Positions 8,139 to 17,590 are shown, numbered from the stretch's first letter. The stretch is DNA of 46,712 nucleotides from Oscillospiraceae bacterium (GCA_017612935.1 JAGAEW010000113.1:1-46712); one strand, 5' to 3'. Numbers and translations are program-made. The notes: generated by a model from the letters alone, not told the origin.

Positions 8139-9962
8139 GTGACGAAGGCGGAGCTGAAAGAAAAAGCCCTGTCCCTGCCCCTGGCGCCGGGGGTTTATCT
8201 GATGCAGAGCAGGGATAACGAAGTGATCTACGTCGGCAAGGCGAAAAAGCTTAAGAACCGCGTCAGCCAGTATTTCATTGAATCTGCCGGCCACACGCCG
8301 AAAACCCGGCTTATGGTGTCGAAGATCGACCATTTTGATGTGATTATCGCCGCATCGGAGTTTGAAGCGCTGGTGCTGGAATGCAGCCTGATTAAGCGCT
8401 ATCTGCCCAAGTACAACATCCTGCTGAAGGATGACAAGGGCTATCCCTACCTGCGGATGAATTTGACGCAGCCCTATCCGGTGATGAGCATTGCCGCAAG
8501 GGTGGTGGAGGACGGTGCAAGCTACTTCGGGCCCTACGGGGGCCGTTATTTGACCCAGAAGGTGATCGACACGCTGCGGCAGACCTTCAAACTGCCCGGA
8601 TGCGGCAAGCAGTTTCCCCGGGACATCGGCCGGGATCGGGTCTGCCTGAACTATCAGATGGGAAACTGTGAGGGCTGGTGCCGGGGCACACCGGATCAGG
8701 CCGACTATCAGGAGCGAATCCGGCAGGTATGCAGCCTGCTGGGCGGCAATTACAAGCCTGTAGCGGCCCAGCTTCGGGAGCAGATGCTTCGGGCATCGGA
8801 GGAGCTTGCCTTTGAACGGGCGGCCCAGCTTCGGGACAGGATGAACGCCATTGAAGCCCTCGGGCTGAAGCAACTGGTTACGGCGGGCAGAATGGCGGAT
8901 ACCGACGCCATTGGCTTCGCCCAGACGGAGGCGAAGGCCTGCTTTGCGGTGCTGCACTATGTAGACGGCAATCTGTTGGACAAGGACTATGAGATCCTGC
9001 CGAGGACAGAGGATGTGCCGGAGGCCGTTTCCGCCCTGATGAAGCAGTACTATCTCTCCCGGGGGGCGGCGCCGAAGCAGATTCTTCTGCCCTGTGAGAT
9101 CGAGGACGCGGAACTGTTTGAAGCCCTTCTGACCCAGAGATTTCAAAAAAGAATCCGGATCCGGCTTCCCCAACGGGGGGACAACGCAAGGCTTGCGGAG
9201 CTGGCGAAAAAAAATGCACGGGAGGAAGCGGAACGGATTACCACCCGGGAGGAGAAGCAGCGGGGGACAACGAGACTGCTGCAGCAGATGCTGGGCACGG
9301 AGCAGCCTCCGCGCCGCATCGAAGCCTACGATATTTCCAATTTGTCCGGGACGGACATTGTGGCCTCCATGGTGGTTTTCAGCGATGGCAGGCCCCTGAA
9401 AACGGCCTACCGCCACTTCAAGCTGGAGGAACTGGACAACCAGGACGATTACGCCTCCATGCGGCAGGTGCTGCGCCGGCGCTTCGCCCACTTTTTGGCA
9501 GGGGATAAGGGCTTTGAAATTGCACCGGATCTGCTCCTGATTGACGGGGGCCTCAACCACGCCAGAACCGTGCTGCAGGAGCTCGAGCCCATGGGCATTC
9601 ACATCCCGATTTACGGTATGGTCAAGGATGATCGCCACCGGACCCGGGCGTTGGTGAGCCCGGAGGGAGAGGAAATTGGTATTTCGGCCCAGCAGAGCGT
9701 CTTCGCTCTGATCGGAAGCATTCAGGAGGAAACCCACAGATTTGCCATTACCTACAACCGCAAGCTTCGCAGCCGCCGGGTGAAGGGCAGTCTGCTGGAC
9801 CAAATTCCCGGAATCGGGGAAAAGCGCAGAGCAGAGCTGCTCAAACGCTTTAAGACTGTAACGGCCGTGAAGGCGGCCTCTTTGCAGGAGCTGCAGTCTG
9901 TCTTAACGAAGGATGCGGCAATGGCGGTGTATTCTTTTTTTCATCAGGAGGACGTGCGATGA
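8139..9962 (+). CDS. uvrC: Excinuclease ABC subunit C
   Basis: GIY-YIG N-terminus (GVYLMQSRDNEVIYVGKAKKLKNR), a UVR domain, an endonuclease V-like domain, and C-terminal HhH IPGIGEKRRAELL. GTG start. Confidence 0.95.
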   Translation: MTKAELKEKALSLPLAPGVYLMQSRDNEVIYVGKAKKLKNRVSQYFIESAGHTPKTRLMVSKIDHFDVIIAASEFEALVLECSLIKRYLPKYNILLKDDKGYPYLRMNLTQPYPVMSIAARVVEDGASYFGPYGGRYLTQKVIDTLRQTFKLPGCGKQFPRDIGRDRVCLNYQMGNCEGWCRGTPDQADYQERIRQVCSLLGGNYKPVAAQLREQMLRASEELAFERAAQLRDRMNAIEALGLKQLVTAGRMADTDAIGFAQTEAKACFAVLHYVDGNLLDKDYEILPRTEDVPEAVSALMKQYYLSRGAAPKQILLPCEIEDAELFEALLTQRFQKRIRIRLPQRGDNARLAELAKKNAREEAERITTREEKQRGTTRLLQQMLGTEQPPRRIEAYDISNLSGTDIVASMVVFSDGRPLKTAYRHFKLEELDNQDDYASMRQVLRRRFAHFLAGDKGFEIAPDLLLIDGGLNHARTVLQELEPMGIHIPIYGMVKDDRHRTRALVSPEGEEIGISAQQSVFALIGSIQEETHRFAITYNRKLRSRRVKGSLLDQIPGIGEKRRAELLKRFKTVTAVKAASLQELQSVLTKDAAMAVYSFFHQEDVR

Positions 9963-10510
9963 GAGTGATTGCCGGAAGCGCCCGCTCCGTCCCGCTGCTG
10001 AGCCGGGAGGGACAGGATACCAGACCCACCTCGGATCGGGTGAAGGAAGCGATGTTCAATATTTTACAGTTCGAACTTGAGGGCCGCCGCGTGCTGGATC
10101 TCTTCGGCGGCAGCGGACAGCTTGCCATTGAAGCCCTCAGCCGGGGCGCAGCCCACGCGGTCATCGTGGATCAGAGTAAGGAATCCATCGCCGTCATTCG
10201 GCAGAATCTGGAAAAAACCAGGCTGCAGGCGCAGGCGGAGCTCGTCTGTTCGGATTATATGGATTATTTGAACTGCTGCCGGACCCGCTTTGATTTGATC
10301 TTTTTAGACCCGCCGTATCGGGAAAAATTTCTGGAAAATGCTTTGAAACGGATTTCTGAAATTGACATCTTGACAACAAATGGTATAATACTCTGTGAAC
10401 GACCGGTGGAGAAGTCTCTCCCGGATTCCTATACCGGCTTTCGCAGCTCAAGAGCGTATCGCTATGGCAAGACAGGCATTACCCTCTACCGGGCCGGAAA
10501 TTCGGTATAA
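9959..10510 (+). CDS. rsmD: 16S rRNA (guanine966-N2)-methyltransferase RsmD
   Basis: MRVIAGSARS..., SAM motif LDLFGGSGQLAIEALSRGA, and the catalytic DPPY. ATGA coupling to uvrC. Confidence 0.9.
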   Translation: MRVIAGSARSVPLLSREGQDTRPTSDRVKEAMFNILQFELEGRRVLDLFGGSGQLAIEALSRGAAHAVIVDQSKESIAVIRQNLEKTRLQAQAELVCSDYMDYLNCCRTRFDLIFLDPPYREKFLENALKRISEIDILTTNGIILCERPVEKSLPDSYTGFRSSRAYRYGKTGITLYRAGNSV

Positions 10511-10533
10511 GACAAAAACAGGAGGAATCACCT

Positions 10534-11052
10534 ATGAATGAACACGGAATCGAAGATGTCATCAATAAGCTATATGAGATGGTACAGGAGGCCCGCAATC
10601 TTCCCCTGAGCGCGGATAAGTGCATTCTGGATCGGGACAGTGTGCTGGATCTTTTGGATGAGATGAGCAACCAGCTTCCGGGTGAAATCAAGCAGGCGAA
10701 AACCATCGTCGAATCCAGAGGCGAAGTCATCAACAACGCAAAGCGGGAAGCTGAATCAATCCTGAAGCAGGCCCAGGCGAAGGCCCGGAAGCTGATTGAC
10801 GAAAGCGAGATTACCCGCCAGGCCCAGCAGGAGGCAAACGTCATGGTTCAGACCGCCCAGGAGAAGATCCGTGAGCTGAAGAATCTGACCAATAATTTTG
10901 TTGACGATTCCCTGCGTCAGACGGAGCAGGCCATTACGGAAGCCCTGGATCAGGTAAAGGCCTCCCGAGAGAAGTTCAATTCACTCGTCAACACCCAGAG
11001 CAAATCCGCAAGCCCCGCTTCGGATTCCACGCAAAAGAAGAACGCCGAATAA
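10534..11052 (+). CDS. Coiled-coil protein of unknown function (ATP-synthase b/V-ATPase G-like heptad region)
   Basis: 172 aa, rich in K/E/Q/A heptads (AKREAESILKQAQAKARKLIDESE). AGGAGG RBS. No catalytic motif recognised. Confidence 0.6.
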   Translation: MNEHGIEDVINKLYEMVQEARNLPLSADKCILDRDSVLDLLDEMSNQLPGEIKQAKTIVESRGEVINNAKREAESILKQAQAKARKLIDESEITRQAQQEANVMVQTAQEKIRELKNLTNNFVDDSLRQTEQAITEALDQVKASREKFNSLVNTQSKSASPASDSTQKKNAE

Positions 11053-11086
11053 GAAAACGGCGCCGAGCCTGACAAGGGAGGATACT

Positions 11087-12790
11087 ATGGATTATCTGTC
11101 TGCGTACAAATATTGGCTGGAGCACGCGCCGGTCTCTTATCGGGATATGCTTCAAAGCATGGAGGGCAACAGTCTGGCCCTGCGGGAATGCTTCGGTTCC
11201 GAGCTTGCCTTCGGCACGGCCGGGATTCGCGGTATTATGGGACTGGGTTGTAACCGCCTCAATGAGTTTACGGTTCGCCGCACCGCCCAGGGGATTGCAA
11301 AGTGGCTCAATGGAACCCGGCTTCCCAAGCGCTGCGCCATTGGCTATGACAGCCGCCACAATTCCAGACAGTATGCCGAAATCTGCGGGGCTGCGCTGGC
11401 GGAAAGCGGAATACAGGTTCTGATTTATCACGAGCTGGCGCCCACCCCCATGCTCTCTTATGCTGTGCGCAAGCTAAAGTGCGGCTGCGGCATCATGGTC
11501 ACCGCATCCCACAATGCGGGAATGTACAACGGCATTAAATGCTACGGCGAGGACGGGTGCCAGATGACAGATGAGCCGGCTGCCATCGTCTACCGTGAGA
11601 TTCAAAATACGCCCTATTTTCTGCTGCCGGAAAAGAGCTTCGATCAGCTCAAAACCGAGGGCAGAATCGAGGATATACCTGCCTCTGTCTGGGAGGACTA
11701 CTGTGATCGGGTGATGCAGGAAGGGCTGAATCTGGAGCGGGTGAAGGCCTCCGGGCTGCGGATTCTCTACACGCCTCTGTGCGGCACCGGCAACAAGCCC
11801 GTGCGGGAGCTCTTCCGCCGGATCGGCCTGCAGGCTGAGATTGTAACAAGCCAGGAGAAGCCCGACGGCGACTTCAAAACCTGCACCTATCCCAATCCCG
11901 AGACAGACGCTGCGCTAAACGAGAGCTACAAGCTGGCGCAGAAGCTGCATCCCGACCTGATTATCGGCACCGACCCGGATGCAGACCGGGTTGCGGTGGC
12001 AGTCCCGGTTGCCGGGGGCTTCTGCAAGCTCAGCGGGAACGAGCTGGGCTGCGTGCTGCTGGACTATATTCTGCGGGTTCGCTCCGAGCGAGGAGATCTG
12101 CCCGCCGGTGCGGAGGTCATCAAGTCGATTGTCTCCACTCCGCTGGCCGATCGGATCGCGGAACACTACGGGGTCTGCATGTATAACGTCCTGACGGGCT
12201 TCACGTATATCGGAGGAGAGATTCTCCGTCTGGAGGGCCTCGGTCAGGAGGACCGCTTTGTCTTCGGCTTCGAGGAGAGCTGCGGCTACCTCAAAGGCAG
12301 CTATGCCAGAGACAAGGATGCCGTCGTGGCCACCATGCTGGTCTGCGAGGCTGCCGCCTACGCCAAGGAAAACGGTATGAATCTCGCGGACTATATGGAC
12401 GCTCTATACCGTCAGTTTGGCTGCTATTGCGCCTACGTCCAGAGCGTGGAGCTCCAGGGTGTCTCGGCCGGCGAAATCTCCAAAGCGTTTATGAGCAAGA
12501 TCCGCGAGAACTGCCCCACCGAGCTGGCCGGCTGCAAGCTCACGGCCACGGTGGACTATCTGAGGGGCGTTCGCAAATGCCTGAAATGCGGCAAGGAAGA
12601 GCCGACCGGCCTGCCGAAGTCTAACGTCTTCACGTTGGAGCTGGGGGAGCAGGGCAAGATTATCCTGCGTCCCTCCGGTACGGAGCCGAAGATCAAGCTG
12701 TATTATACCGCAATCGGAAAAAGCTGGGATGAGGCAAATCAGCTTATGGAGCAGCTTAAAAATGCCATGCGGGACTATCTGCCTGAATAA
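11087..12790 (+). CDS. Phosphoglucomutase/phosphomannomutase family (alpha-D-phosphohexomutase)
   Basis: Phosphoserine loop TASHNAGMYNGIK, metal loop GTDPDADR, and sugar loop GFEESCGY. 567 aa. Confidence 0.9.
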   Translation: MDYLSAYKYWLEHAPVSYRDMLQSMEGNSLALRECFGSELAFGTAGIRGIMGLGCNRLNEFTVRRTAQGIAKWLNGTRLPKRCAIGYDSRHNSRQYAEICGAALAESGIQVLIYHELAPTPMLSYAVRKLKCGCGIMVTASHNAGMYNGIKCYGEDGCQMTDEPAAIVYREIQNTPYFLLPEKSFDQLKTEGRIEDIPASVWEDYCDRVMQEGLNLERVKASGLRILYTPLCGTGNKPVRELFRRIGLQAEIVTSQEKPDGDFKTCTYPNPETDAALNESYKLAQKLHPDLIIGTDPDADRVAVAVPVAGGFCKLSGNELGCVLLDYILRVRSERGDLPAGAEVIKSIVSTPLADRIAEHYGVCMYNVLTGFTYIGGEILRLEGLGQEDRFVFGFEESCGYLKGSYARDKDAVVATMLVCEAAAYAKENGMNLADYMDALYRQFGCYCAYVQSVELQGVSAGEISKAFMSKIRENCPTELAGCKLTATVDYLRGVRKCLKCGKEEPTGLPKSNVFTLELGEQGKIILRPSGTEPKIKLYYTAIGKSWDEANQLMEQLKNAMRDYLPE

Positions 12791-12827
12791 AAACGAAGGC
12801 TCGCTGCACTGCGGCGGGCCTTCGTTT
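12791..12827. terminator. Bidirectional hairpin terminator between the phosphohexomutase gene and ohrR
   Basis: AAACGAAGGC (12791-12800) pairs with GCCTTCGTTT (12818-12827). The genes are convergent. Confidence 0.6.
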
Positions 12828-12829
12828 CG

Positions 12830-13279
12830 TCAAAGGGGCTCAGAAAGGAGCTTGTATAAAAGCTGATAGAGCAGGGCTGCTTCCTCCTTGCTGAGTTTGA
12901 CACAGCTTTGCATCCGGGTCGGAACGCTCAGGGCTTTTTCCTGAAGCTGTTTTCCTGTTGCCGTCAGTTGGACCAGAACCACCCGTTCGTCTGCCTCGCT
13001 GCGGGTTCTTATTACATAACCCTTGGCCTCCAGACTTTTGAGAAGGGGGGTGAGGGTGCCGCTGTCGAGATAAAGACGCTGTCCAAGATGCTTGACGTTG
13101 ATTTCCCCGACCTCCCACAGCACCAGCATGGTGATATACTGGGTGTAGGTGAGGTCGAGGGCCTCCAGACTGGGACGGTATTGCCGGATGATCTCCCGGG
13201 AGGCGGCGTAGAGGGGAAAGCAGAGCTGATTTTCCAGCCGCAGTGCTGCGTACCGGTCCTGCTGTTGGGCGTCACACAT
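12830..13279 (-). CDS. ohrR: MarR-family organic hydroperoxide resistance regulator OhrR
   Basis: LENQLCFPLYAASREIIRQYRPSLEALDLTYTQYITMLVLWE...LYLDSGTLTPLLKSLEAKGYV closely parallels B. subtilis OhrR, including the sensing Cys in the QLCF motif. Confidence 0.88.
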   Translation of the reverse strand: MCDAQQQDRYAALRLENQLCFPLYAASREIIRQYRPSLEALDLTYTQYITMLVLWEVGEINVKHLGQRLYLDSGTLTPLLKSLEAKGYVIRTRSEADERVVLVQLTATGKQLQEKALSVPTRMQSCVKLSKEEAALLYQLLYKLLSEPL

Positions 13280-13529
13280 TCGCGCTCTGATAGGCCTGCC
13301 GGACGGCAATCGCCAACTGGTCGGCGCAGGAGGTGCTCTTGTTGCCGCAGGTGTTGCCCTTGAGGTAGCCTTCGATCTGACTGACGGTCATGCCCTCAAC
13401 GAGCTTTCCAATGGCCTTCAGATTGCCGTTGCAGCCGCCGATGAACACGACGTTACGCACTACGTCGCCGTTCAGATCGAAATTGATTTGCATGGAACAG
13501 ACATCCTTGGTTTGATAAGAGTGTTGCAT
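13272..13529 (-). CDS. TSCPD-domain small protein (TIGR03905-like)
   Basis: MQHSYQTKDVCSMQINFDLNGDVVRNVVFIGGCNGNLKAIGKLVEGM...GNTCGNKSTSCADQLA. Its end overlaps the ohrR start by 8 nt (ATGTGTGA). Confidence 0.8.
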   Translation of the reverse strand: MQHSYQTKDVCSMQINFDLNGDVVRNVVFIGGCNGNLKAIGKLVEGMTVSQIEGYLKGNTCGNKSTSCADQLAIAVRQAYQSANV

Positions 13530-13547
13530 ATTTGATAGTCCTTTCTT

Positions 13548-13558
13548 CAATTTAATTG
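13548..13558 (-). promoter_or_regulatory. OhrR-type operator palindrome CAATT-N-AATTG
   Basis: The minus strand reads CAATTAAATTG, immediately downstream of the -10 of the TSCPD-ohrR promoter. As I recall it, this equals the core of the B. subtilis ohrA operator (TACAATTAAATTGTA). Confidence 0.55.
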
Positions 13559-13568
13559 GGTACAATTA

Positions 13569-13597
13569 TTTATACCCCAGAATTTTGAAATTGTCAA
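13569..13597 (-). promoter_or_regulatory. SigA-type promoter of the TSCPD-ohrR operon (TTGACA-N17-TATAAA)
   Basis: On the minus strand, TTGACA at 13597-13592, a 17-nt spacer, and TATAAA at 13574-13569. Confidence 0.6.
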
Positions 13598-13630
13598 GAG
13601 CAAAAAACAGTTATATGGAGTTGAGATGAA

Positions 13631-14176
13631 ATGTGGGGAGAACAAAACGGCGAGATTTATCTGAATTTGACGGATACCCAGTGGCCCTACAGCTATACGG
13701 ACCACGACAGAAGAATTGTCCGGGCCATTGTGACGGACGACGAGGGCTGGTTCTATTTTGTCCGGGTCCAGCGGGACGACGATTTTGGCCGGGTTACGCT
13801 GATTGAAAGCTCTGGCGGCGGGGTCGAGGCAGGGGAGGAGCTCTCTGAGGCGCTGCGCCGGGAACTGCGGGAAGAACTGGGGGCGGAGGTTGAAATTCTC
13901 TGCAAGCTCGGTCTGGTCAGTGACTATTACAATCTGATTCACCGGCACAATCTCAACCATTATTATCTTTGCCGCGCGCTTTCCTTCGGAGAAACCCGCC
14001 TGACTCGGGACGAGCGGGAGGCTTTTCACCTTTCCACCCTGAAGCTGCGCTATCAGGACGCCCTTTGCGCGTATGCCCGGGGGGCTGCTTCGCCGCTGGG
14101 TAAATTGATTGCCCAGCGAGAGCTGCCTATATTGCGCCGCGCCGGAGCAATTCTGAATTTGGAATCCTGCAAATGA
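13631..14176 (+). CDS. NUDIX hydrolase
   Basis: Nudix box GGGVEAGEELSEALRRELREELG. Confidence 0.85.
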   Translation: MWGEQNGEIYLNLTDTQWPYSYTDHDRRIVRAIVTDDEGWFYFVRVQRDDDFGRVTLIESSGGGVEAGEELSEALRRELREELGAEVEILCKLGLVSDYYNLIHRHNLNHYYLCRALSFGETRLTRDEREAFHLSTLKLRYQDALCAYARGAASPLGKLIAQRELPILRRAGAILNLESCK

Positions 14177-14274
14177 GCGCAGGACCGGGGCCCTCCGCCC
14201 CGGCAGAAGGAGGGACCGCCGGAGGACCCCCGCCGTAGCTTTCGCGCTTTTTCGGGACTTTCCTGCTTTTGGAC

Positions 14275-14303
14275 TTGACTTGCCCTGTCCTTTTTGTTAT
14301 ATT
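14275..14303 (+). promoter_or_regulatory. Extended -10 SigA promoter (TTGACT-N17-TGtTATATT)
   Basis: TTGACT at 14275-14280, TATATT at 14298-14303, and TG at 14295-14296. It lies upstream of the SLH-M14 gene. Confidence 0.6.
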
Positions 14304-14364
14304 GTGGATAGGTGAAGGAATGCCGTTTTTGAGCTGCCTTAAAAAGAAATAGAGGAGGTATTCA

Positions 14365-16104
14365 ATGATGCAGTTGAATGTACGTCCGGCAGGTTCTGCC
14401 GGAAAAGATCGTTCTGTGCCGGGGCTTGCCCGCCGGGCTGTCACAGCTTTGCTTGTGCTTTGCAGCCTGTGGGTTGTGGCGGTTCCCGCATCTGCGACTG
14501 GGCCGAATTTCTTTCCGGACGTGCGGCCGACGGAATGGTTTTGCGCGGATGTCAGCTATGCCTCCCGAAGGGGAATTGTTCGCGGTGACGACAACGGAAT
14601 GTTCCGGCCCAATGATCCCGTGACCCGCGGAGAGTTTGTCACCATGCTGGCGCGGCTACTGCTGTCGGAGCAGTACCCCGAGGCGCTGCCGGAAAATCCC
14701 TTCGTGGACGTTTCGGAAAACCGCTTTTATGCAAAGGCGGTGCTTTGGGCCTACTCCAGTCAGATTACCAACGGAACCTCAGATACGACCTTTTCTCCCA
14801 ATGACCACATCCTACGGCAGGATATGGCCACCATGATTTACCGGGCGGAGGCTCTGCCGGAGCTGGGAGAGCTGCCGGAGTTGACCGAAGCCTTCCAATT
14901 TGCCGATGAGGCGGACATCTCTCTCTATGCAAAGGATGCGATCTTGAAACTGCAGCTGCAGGGCGTGCTGAAGGGCAATCCCGACGGCTGCGTCAAGCCC
15001 AAAAACAATCTGACCCGGGCGGAGGCCGTGACCGTGCTGACCCGGATCCACCTGTATTTGAGCAATCACAGCCATGTCTATGGGGAAGGTGAGATCACGA
15101 AGCCGAGCTGCACCGCTGCGGGGCTGCAATACTACTACTGCGAATGTGGCAGCTATTATGCCAAGGTGATTACGTCCGCCCTGGGCCACAGTTATCAAAG
15201 CAGCGTGGACTACAACAGCTGGACCAAAACCTATACCTGCTCCCGCTGCGGGCACCAATACTCGGAAACGCTCCCGCCCCAGAGATTCTACGACGGAAGC
15301 AAAATGCTGACCAATGCAGAGATTCTTTCCACCATCAATAAGCTTCAAGCCATGTACCCCGGCCTGATTTCCTCCTATTCCGGGGGGAAATCCGTCAACG
15401 GCGCAGAGATTCGGGTCGTCAAGCTGGGCAAGGGCAGCCGTTATATTTTTATGAACGGCAACCTCCACGGCAATGAGGCCATTACTACGAATTATCTGCT
15501 GAAGGTTCTGGATGAATACGCCTATGCCTATGCCACAAACGGCTCCATCGGCATCTACAAGATCAAGACCCTGCTGGACAAGTTTAGCATTGTAATGATT
15601 CCCTGCTCCAATCCGGACGGCCGAAGCAAGCTGCTCAATAACCCGTCCAATCTTCAGGCGGCCAGAACGAATGCCCGCGGGGTCAATCTGAACAGAAATT
15701 TCCCGACCAACTGGGTAAAGAGCTCGGAGAGCGGCTCCAGCGCGGCCTCCGAGCCGGAAACCAGGGCGATTATCAATGTGCTGTCCAGTTATAAATTCGA
15801 GGTGGTGCTCGACTGCCATAATTCCGGTAATTACATTTATTATGCGGATTACGACTGCAGCCAGTACCTGCTTAACCGCTCAAAATCCCTGGCAAGCGCG
15901 ATAAAGGCGGCATGTGGCTACGGCATGGGCTGTTACGATGCCAGCGCCGGTATGGCCAATTATGCCCGGCATCCCTATGGGGTTCCCGGCCTGACGGTGG
16001 AGATGTGTCCCGGTGCTGACACAGGCCACAACTGTTCCCAGTTCCCGTCGCTGTGGTCTCTGTTGAGCACCATGCCGGCCATCGTGATGAACTTTCTTCA
16101 GTAG
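14365..16104 (+). CDS. Secreted SLH-domain protein with a C-terminal M14 zinc carboxypeptidase domain
   Basis: Signal peptide, then three SLH repeats (FPDVRPTEWF..., FVDVSENRFYAKAV..., FADEADISLYAKDA...), a Cys-rich module, and an M14 HxxE motif (NGNLHGNEAIT). AGGAGG RBS. Confidence 0.88.
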   Translation: MMQLNVRPAGSAGKDRSVPGLARRAVTALLVLCSLWVVAVPASATGPNFFPDVRPTEWFCADVSYASRRGIVRGDDNGMFRPNDPVTRGEFVTMLARLLLSEQYPEALPENPFVDVSENRFYAKAVLWAYSSQITNGTSDTTFSPNDHILRQDMATMIYRAEALPELGELPELTEAFQFADEADISLYAKDAILKLQLQGVLKGNPDGCVKPKNNLTRAEAVTVLTRIHLYLSNHSHVYGEGEITKPSCTAAGLQYYYCECGSYYAKVITSALGHSYQSSVDYNSWTKTYTCSRCGHQYSETLPPQRFYDGSKMLTNAEILSTINKLQAMYPGLISSYSGGKSVNGAEIRVVKLGKGSRYIFMNGNLHGNEAITTNYLLKVLDEYAYAYATNGSIGIYKIKTLLDKFSIVMIPCSNPDGRSKLLNNPSNLQAARTNARGVNLNRNFPTNWVKSSESGSSAASEPETRAIINVLSSYKFEVVLDCHNSGNYIYYADYDCSQYLLNRSKSLASAIKAACGYGMGCYDASAGMANYARHPYGVPGLTVEMCPGADTGHNCSQFPSLWSLLSTMPAIVMNFLQ

Positions 16105-16143
16105 ACAAAGCCCGCAAACGATCCTGTTACAAGCAGCAGAGGA

Positions 16144-17388
16144 ATGAACATGAATACAACCAAAAAAGAGGGAAGCAGCACGCCCGGCAGCGGCCCTCTG
16201 CGAATCGCACTGTTTATCGACATCTATTTTCCGAATGTGGACGGCGTGGTCCGTACCGTAGACGCCTATGCCCGCAACCTGCAGGCGATGGGGCATGACG
16301 TATTTGTCGTCGCCCCCCGGGAGCAGGGAACTGAGGCAGACGAAAATCTTCCCTACCGGGTCTATCGTCAGAGCTCTGTGAAGCTTCCCGGCTTTCCCGC
16401 CAACGTCCCCCTTGCCCACTGCTCCAGAGAGCTGCGGGAGGCCTTCGAGACTGCGCCGCCAGACATCATTCACGCCCATTCGCCCTTCCTGACCAGCCGC
16501 CTTGCCCTGCAGTTGGGGAAAAAATATCACGTCCCGGTCTTTGCCACCTTCCACAGCAAGTACTATGATGACGCATTAAACGTGACCCACAGCAAGCTTC
16601 TGGCCAGGCTGATGGTCAAGTATGTGGTGCGCTTCTTCTCCCGGGCGGATCACGTCTGGGCCTGCAGCGCCATGACAGCCCAGACCCTGCGCAGCTACGG
16701 TTATGGCGGCACGATCCATGTGATGGAGAACGGGGTGGATCTCACAGAGGCGCCCCAGAATCTGGAGGAGCTGCGTCAGACGGCGGTGGAACGCTTTTCC
16801 ATCCCCACAGATCGGCCGCTGCTGCTCTTCGTGGGGCAGTTGATCTGGCAAAAGAATCTGCGCCTGATTCTGGACAGCCTCAAACGGCTGGCGGATCGGG
16901 GCGAAGTGCATGAACTACTGGTCGTAGGGGAGGGCTATCACGGCCATGCCATTGCGGCCTACAGCAGAGAACTGGGCCTGGAAAACCGGGTGCATTTTCT
17001 TGGAAAGATTGCGGACAGAAAGCTGCTGTTCGGGATTTATGGGGCCAGCGATCTCATGTTCTTCCCCTCCCTCTACGACAATGCCCCCCTTGTGCTGCGG
17101 GAGGCGGCCCTGGCCGCCGTACCGTCCTTGCTGGCGGCTGGCTCCAATGCGGCGGAGGTGGTGGAAGACGGCGTCAACGGTTATCTTGCTGTGCCGGAGG
17201 CTGAGGCCATGGAGCGGCGCATTTTGGAAATCTTTTCGGACCCTGCCGGTCGTTTGGCGGTGGGGCAGAAGGCAAAGCAGACCATTCCTGTCAGTTGGAG
17301 CCAAATCGTGGAGCGCGTGGTGCAGGCCTACCGCAGCGGCTCCAAAGAGGGACATACGCACGCTCTTGAGGCCGACGCTGGGCTTTAA
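16144..17388 (+). CDS. GT4-family glycosyltransferase (group 1; diacylglycerol glucosyltransferase-like)
   Basis: N-terminus IALFIDIYFPNVDGVVRTV and a C-terminal EX7E-type region FPSLYDNAPLVLREAALAAVP. The start may be the ATG at 16150. Confidence 0.85.
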   Translation: MNMNTTKKEGSSTPGSGPLRIALFIDIYFPNVDGVVRTVDAYARNLQAMGHDVFVVAPREQGTEADENLPYRVYRQSSVKLPGFPANVPLAHCSRELREAFETAPPDIIHAHSPFLTSRLALQLGKKYHVPVFATFHSKYYDDALNVTHSKLLARLMVKYVVRFFSRADHVWACSAMTAQTLRSYGYGGTIHVMENGVDLTEAPQNLEELRQTAVERFSIPTDRPLLLFVGQLIWQKNLRLILDSLKRLADRGEVHELLVVGEGYHGHAIAAYSRELGLENRVHFLGKIADRKLLFGIYGASDLMFFPSLYDNAPLVLREAALAAVPSLLAAGSNAAEVVEDGVNGYLAVPEAEAMERRILEIFSDPAGRLAVGQKAKQTIPVSWSQIVERVVQAYRSGSKEGHTHALEADAGL

Positions 17389-17508
17389 GCTGCGGGAAAG
17401 ACAGCGTAGGCCCATGATTGCAGGGCGGCCTTCCTGGGGCTGGCCGGAGGGTTGCCGGAAAATTTCACGCTTAAAACCGCAATTTTTCCCTGCTGCCAAA
17501 TTTCCCCC

Positions 17509-17537
17509 TTTACAAACAAAAAAGAATGTGCTATATT
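17509..17537 (+). promoter_or_regulatory. Extended -10 SigA promoter (TTTACA-N17-TGcTATATT)
   Basis: TTTACA at 17509-17514 and TATATT at 17532-17537, preceded by TGC. It lies about 55 nt upstream of the ECF S-component ATG. Confidence 0.55.
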
Positions 17538-17590
17538 TCTTGTGCGCTGTATTCGACATAAGGGCGAAACAGCAGCAGAAAGGAATAAAA

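Noticed and set aside
8058-9803. A 581-aa minus-strand ORF antisense to uvrC.
   Set aside because: This is a typical high-GC antisense open frame, with Gly/Pro/Arg/Leu-rich nonsense composition and no motifs. The + strand uvrC has unmistakable GIY-YIG, UVR and HhH motifs.
14177-14274. The GC-rich stretch after the NUDIX gene, with CCGGGG...CCCCGG hairpins, as a possible small RNA or terminator.
   Set aside because: The hairpins are short and lack U-tracts, and there is no promoter-like element. This is most simply a GC-rich 3' UTR or spacer. I cannot evaluate it further by eye.
16946-17590. The N-terminal 215 codons of the 492-aa track ORF, which appear to fuse into the ECF S-component.
   Set aside because: This part overlaps the GT4 gene in another frame and crosses the intergenic promoter. 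It has Arg/Trp/Pro-rich composition. The real gene starts at the ATG at 17591.
17538-17590. A riboswitch (preQ1, THF or TPP) in the leader of the ECF S-component.
   Set aside because: The leader is about 50 nt and does not match the conserved cores I remember for these classes. I cannot support the call without a covariance-model scan.
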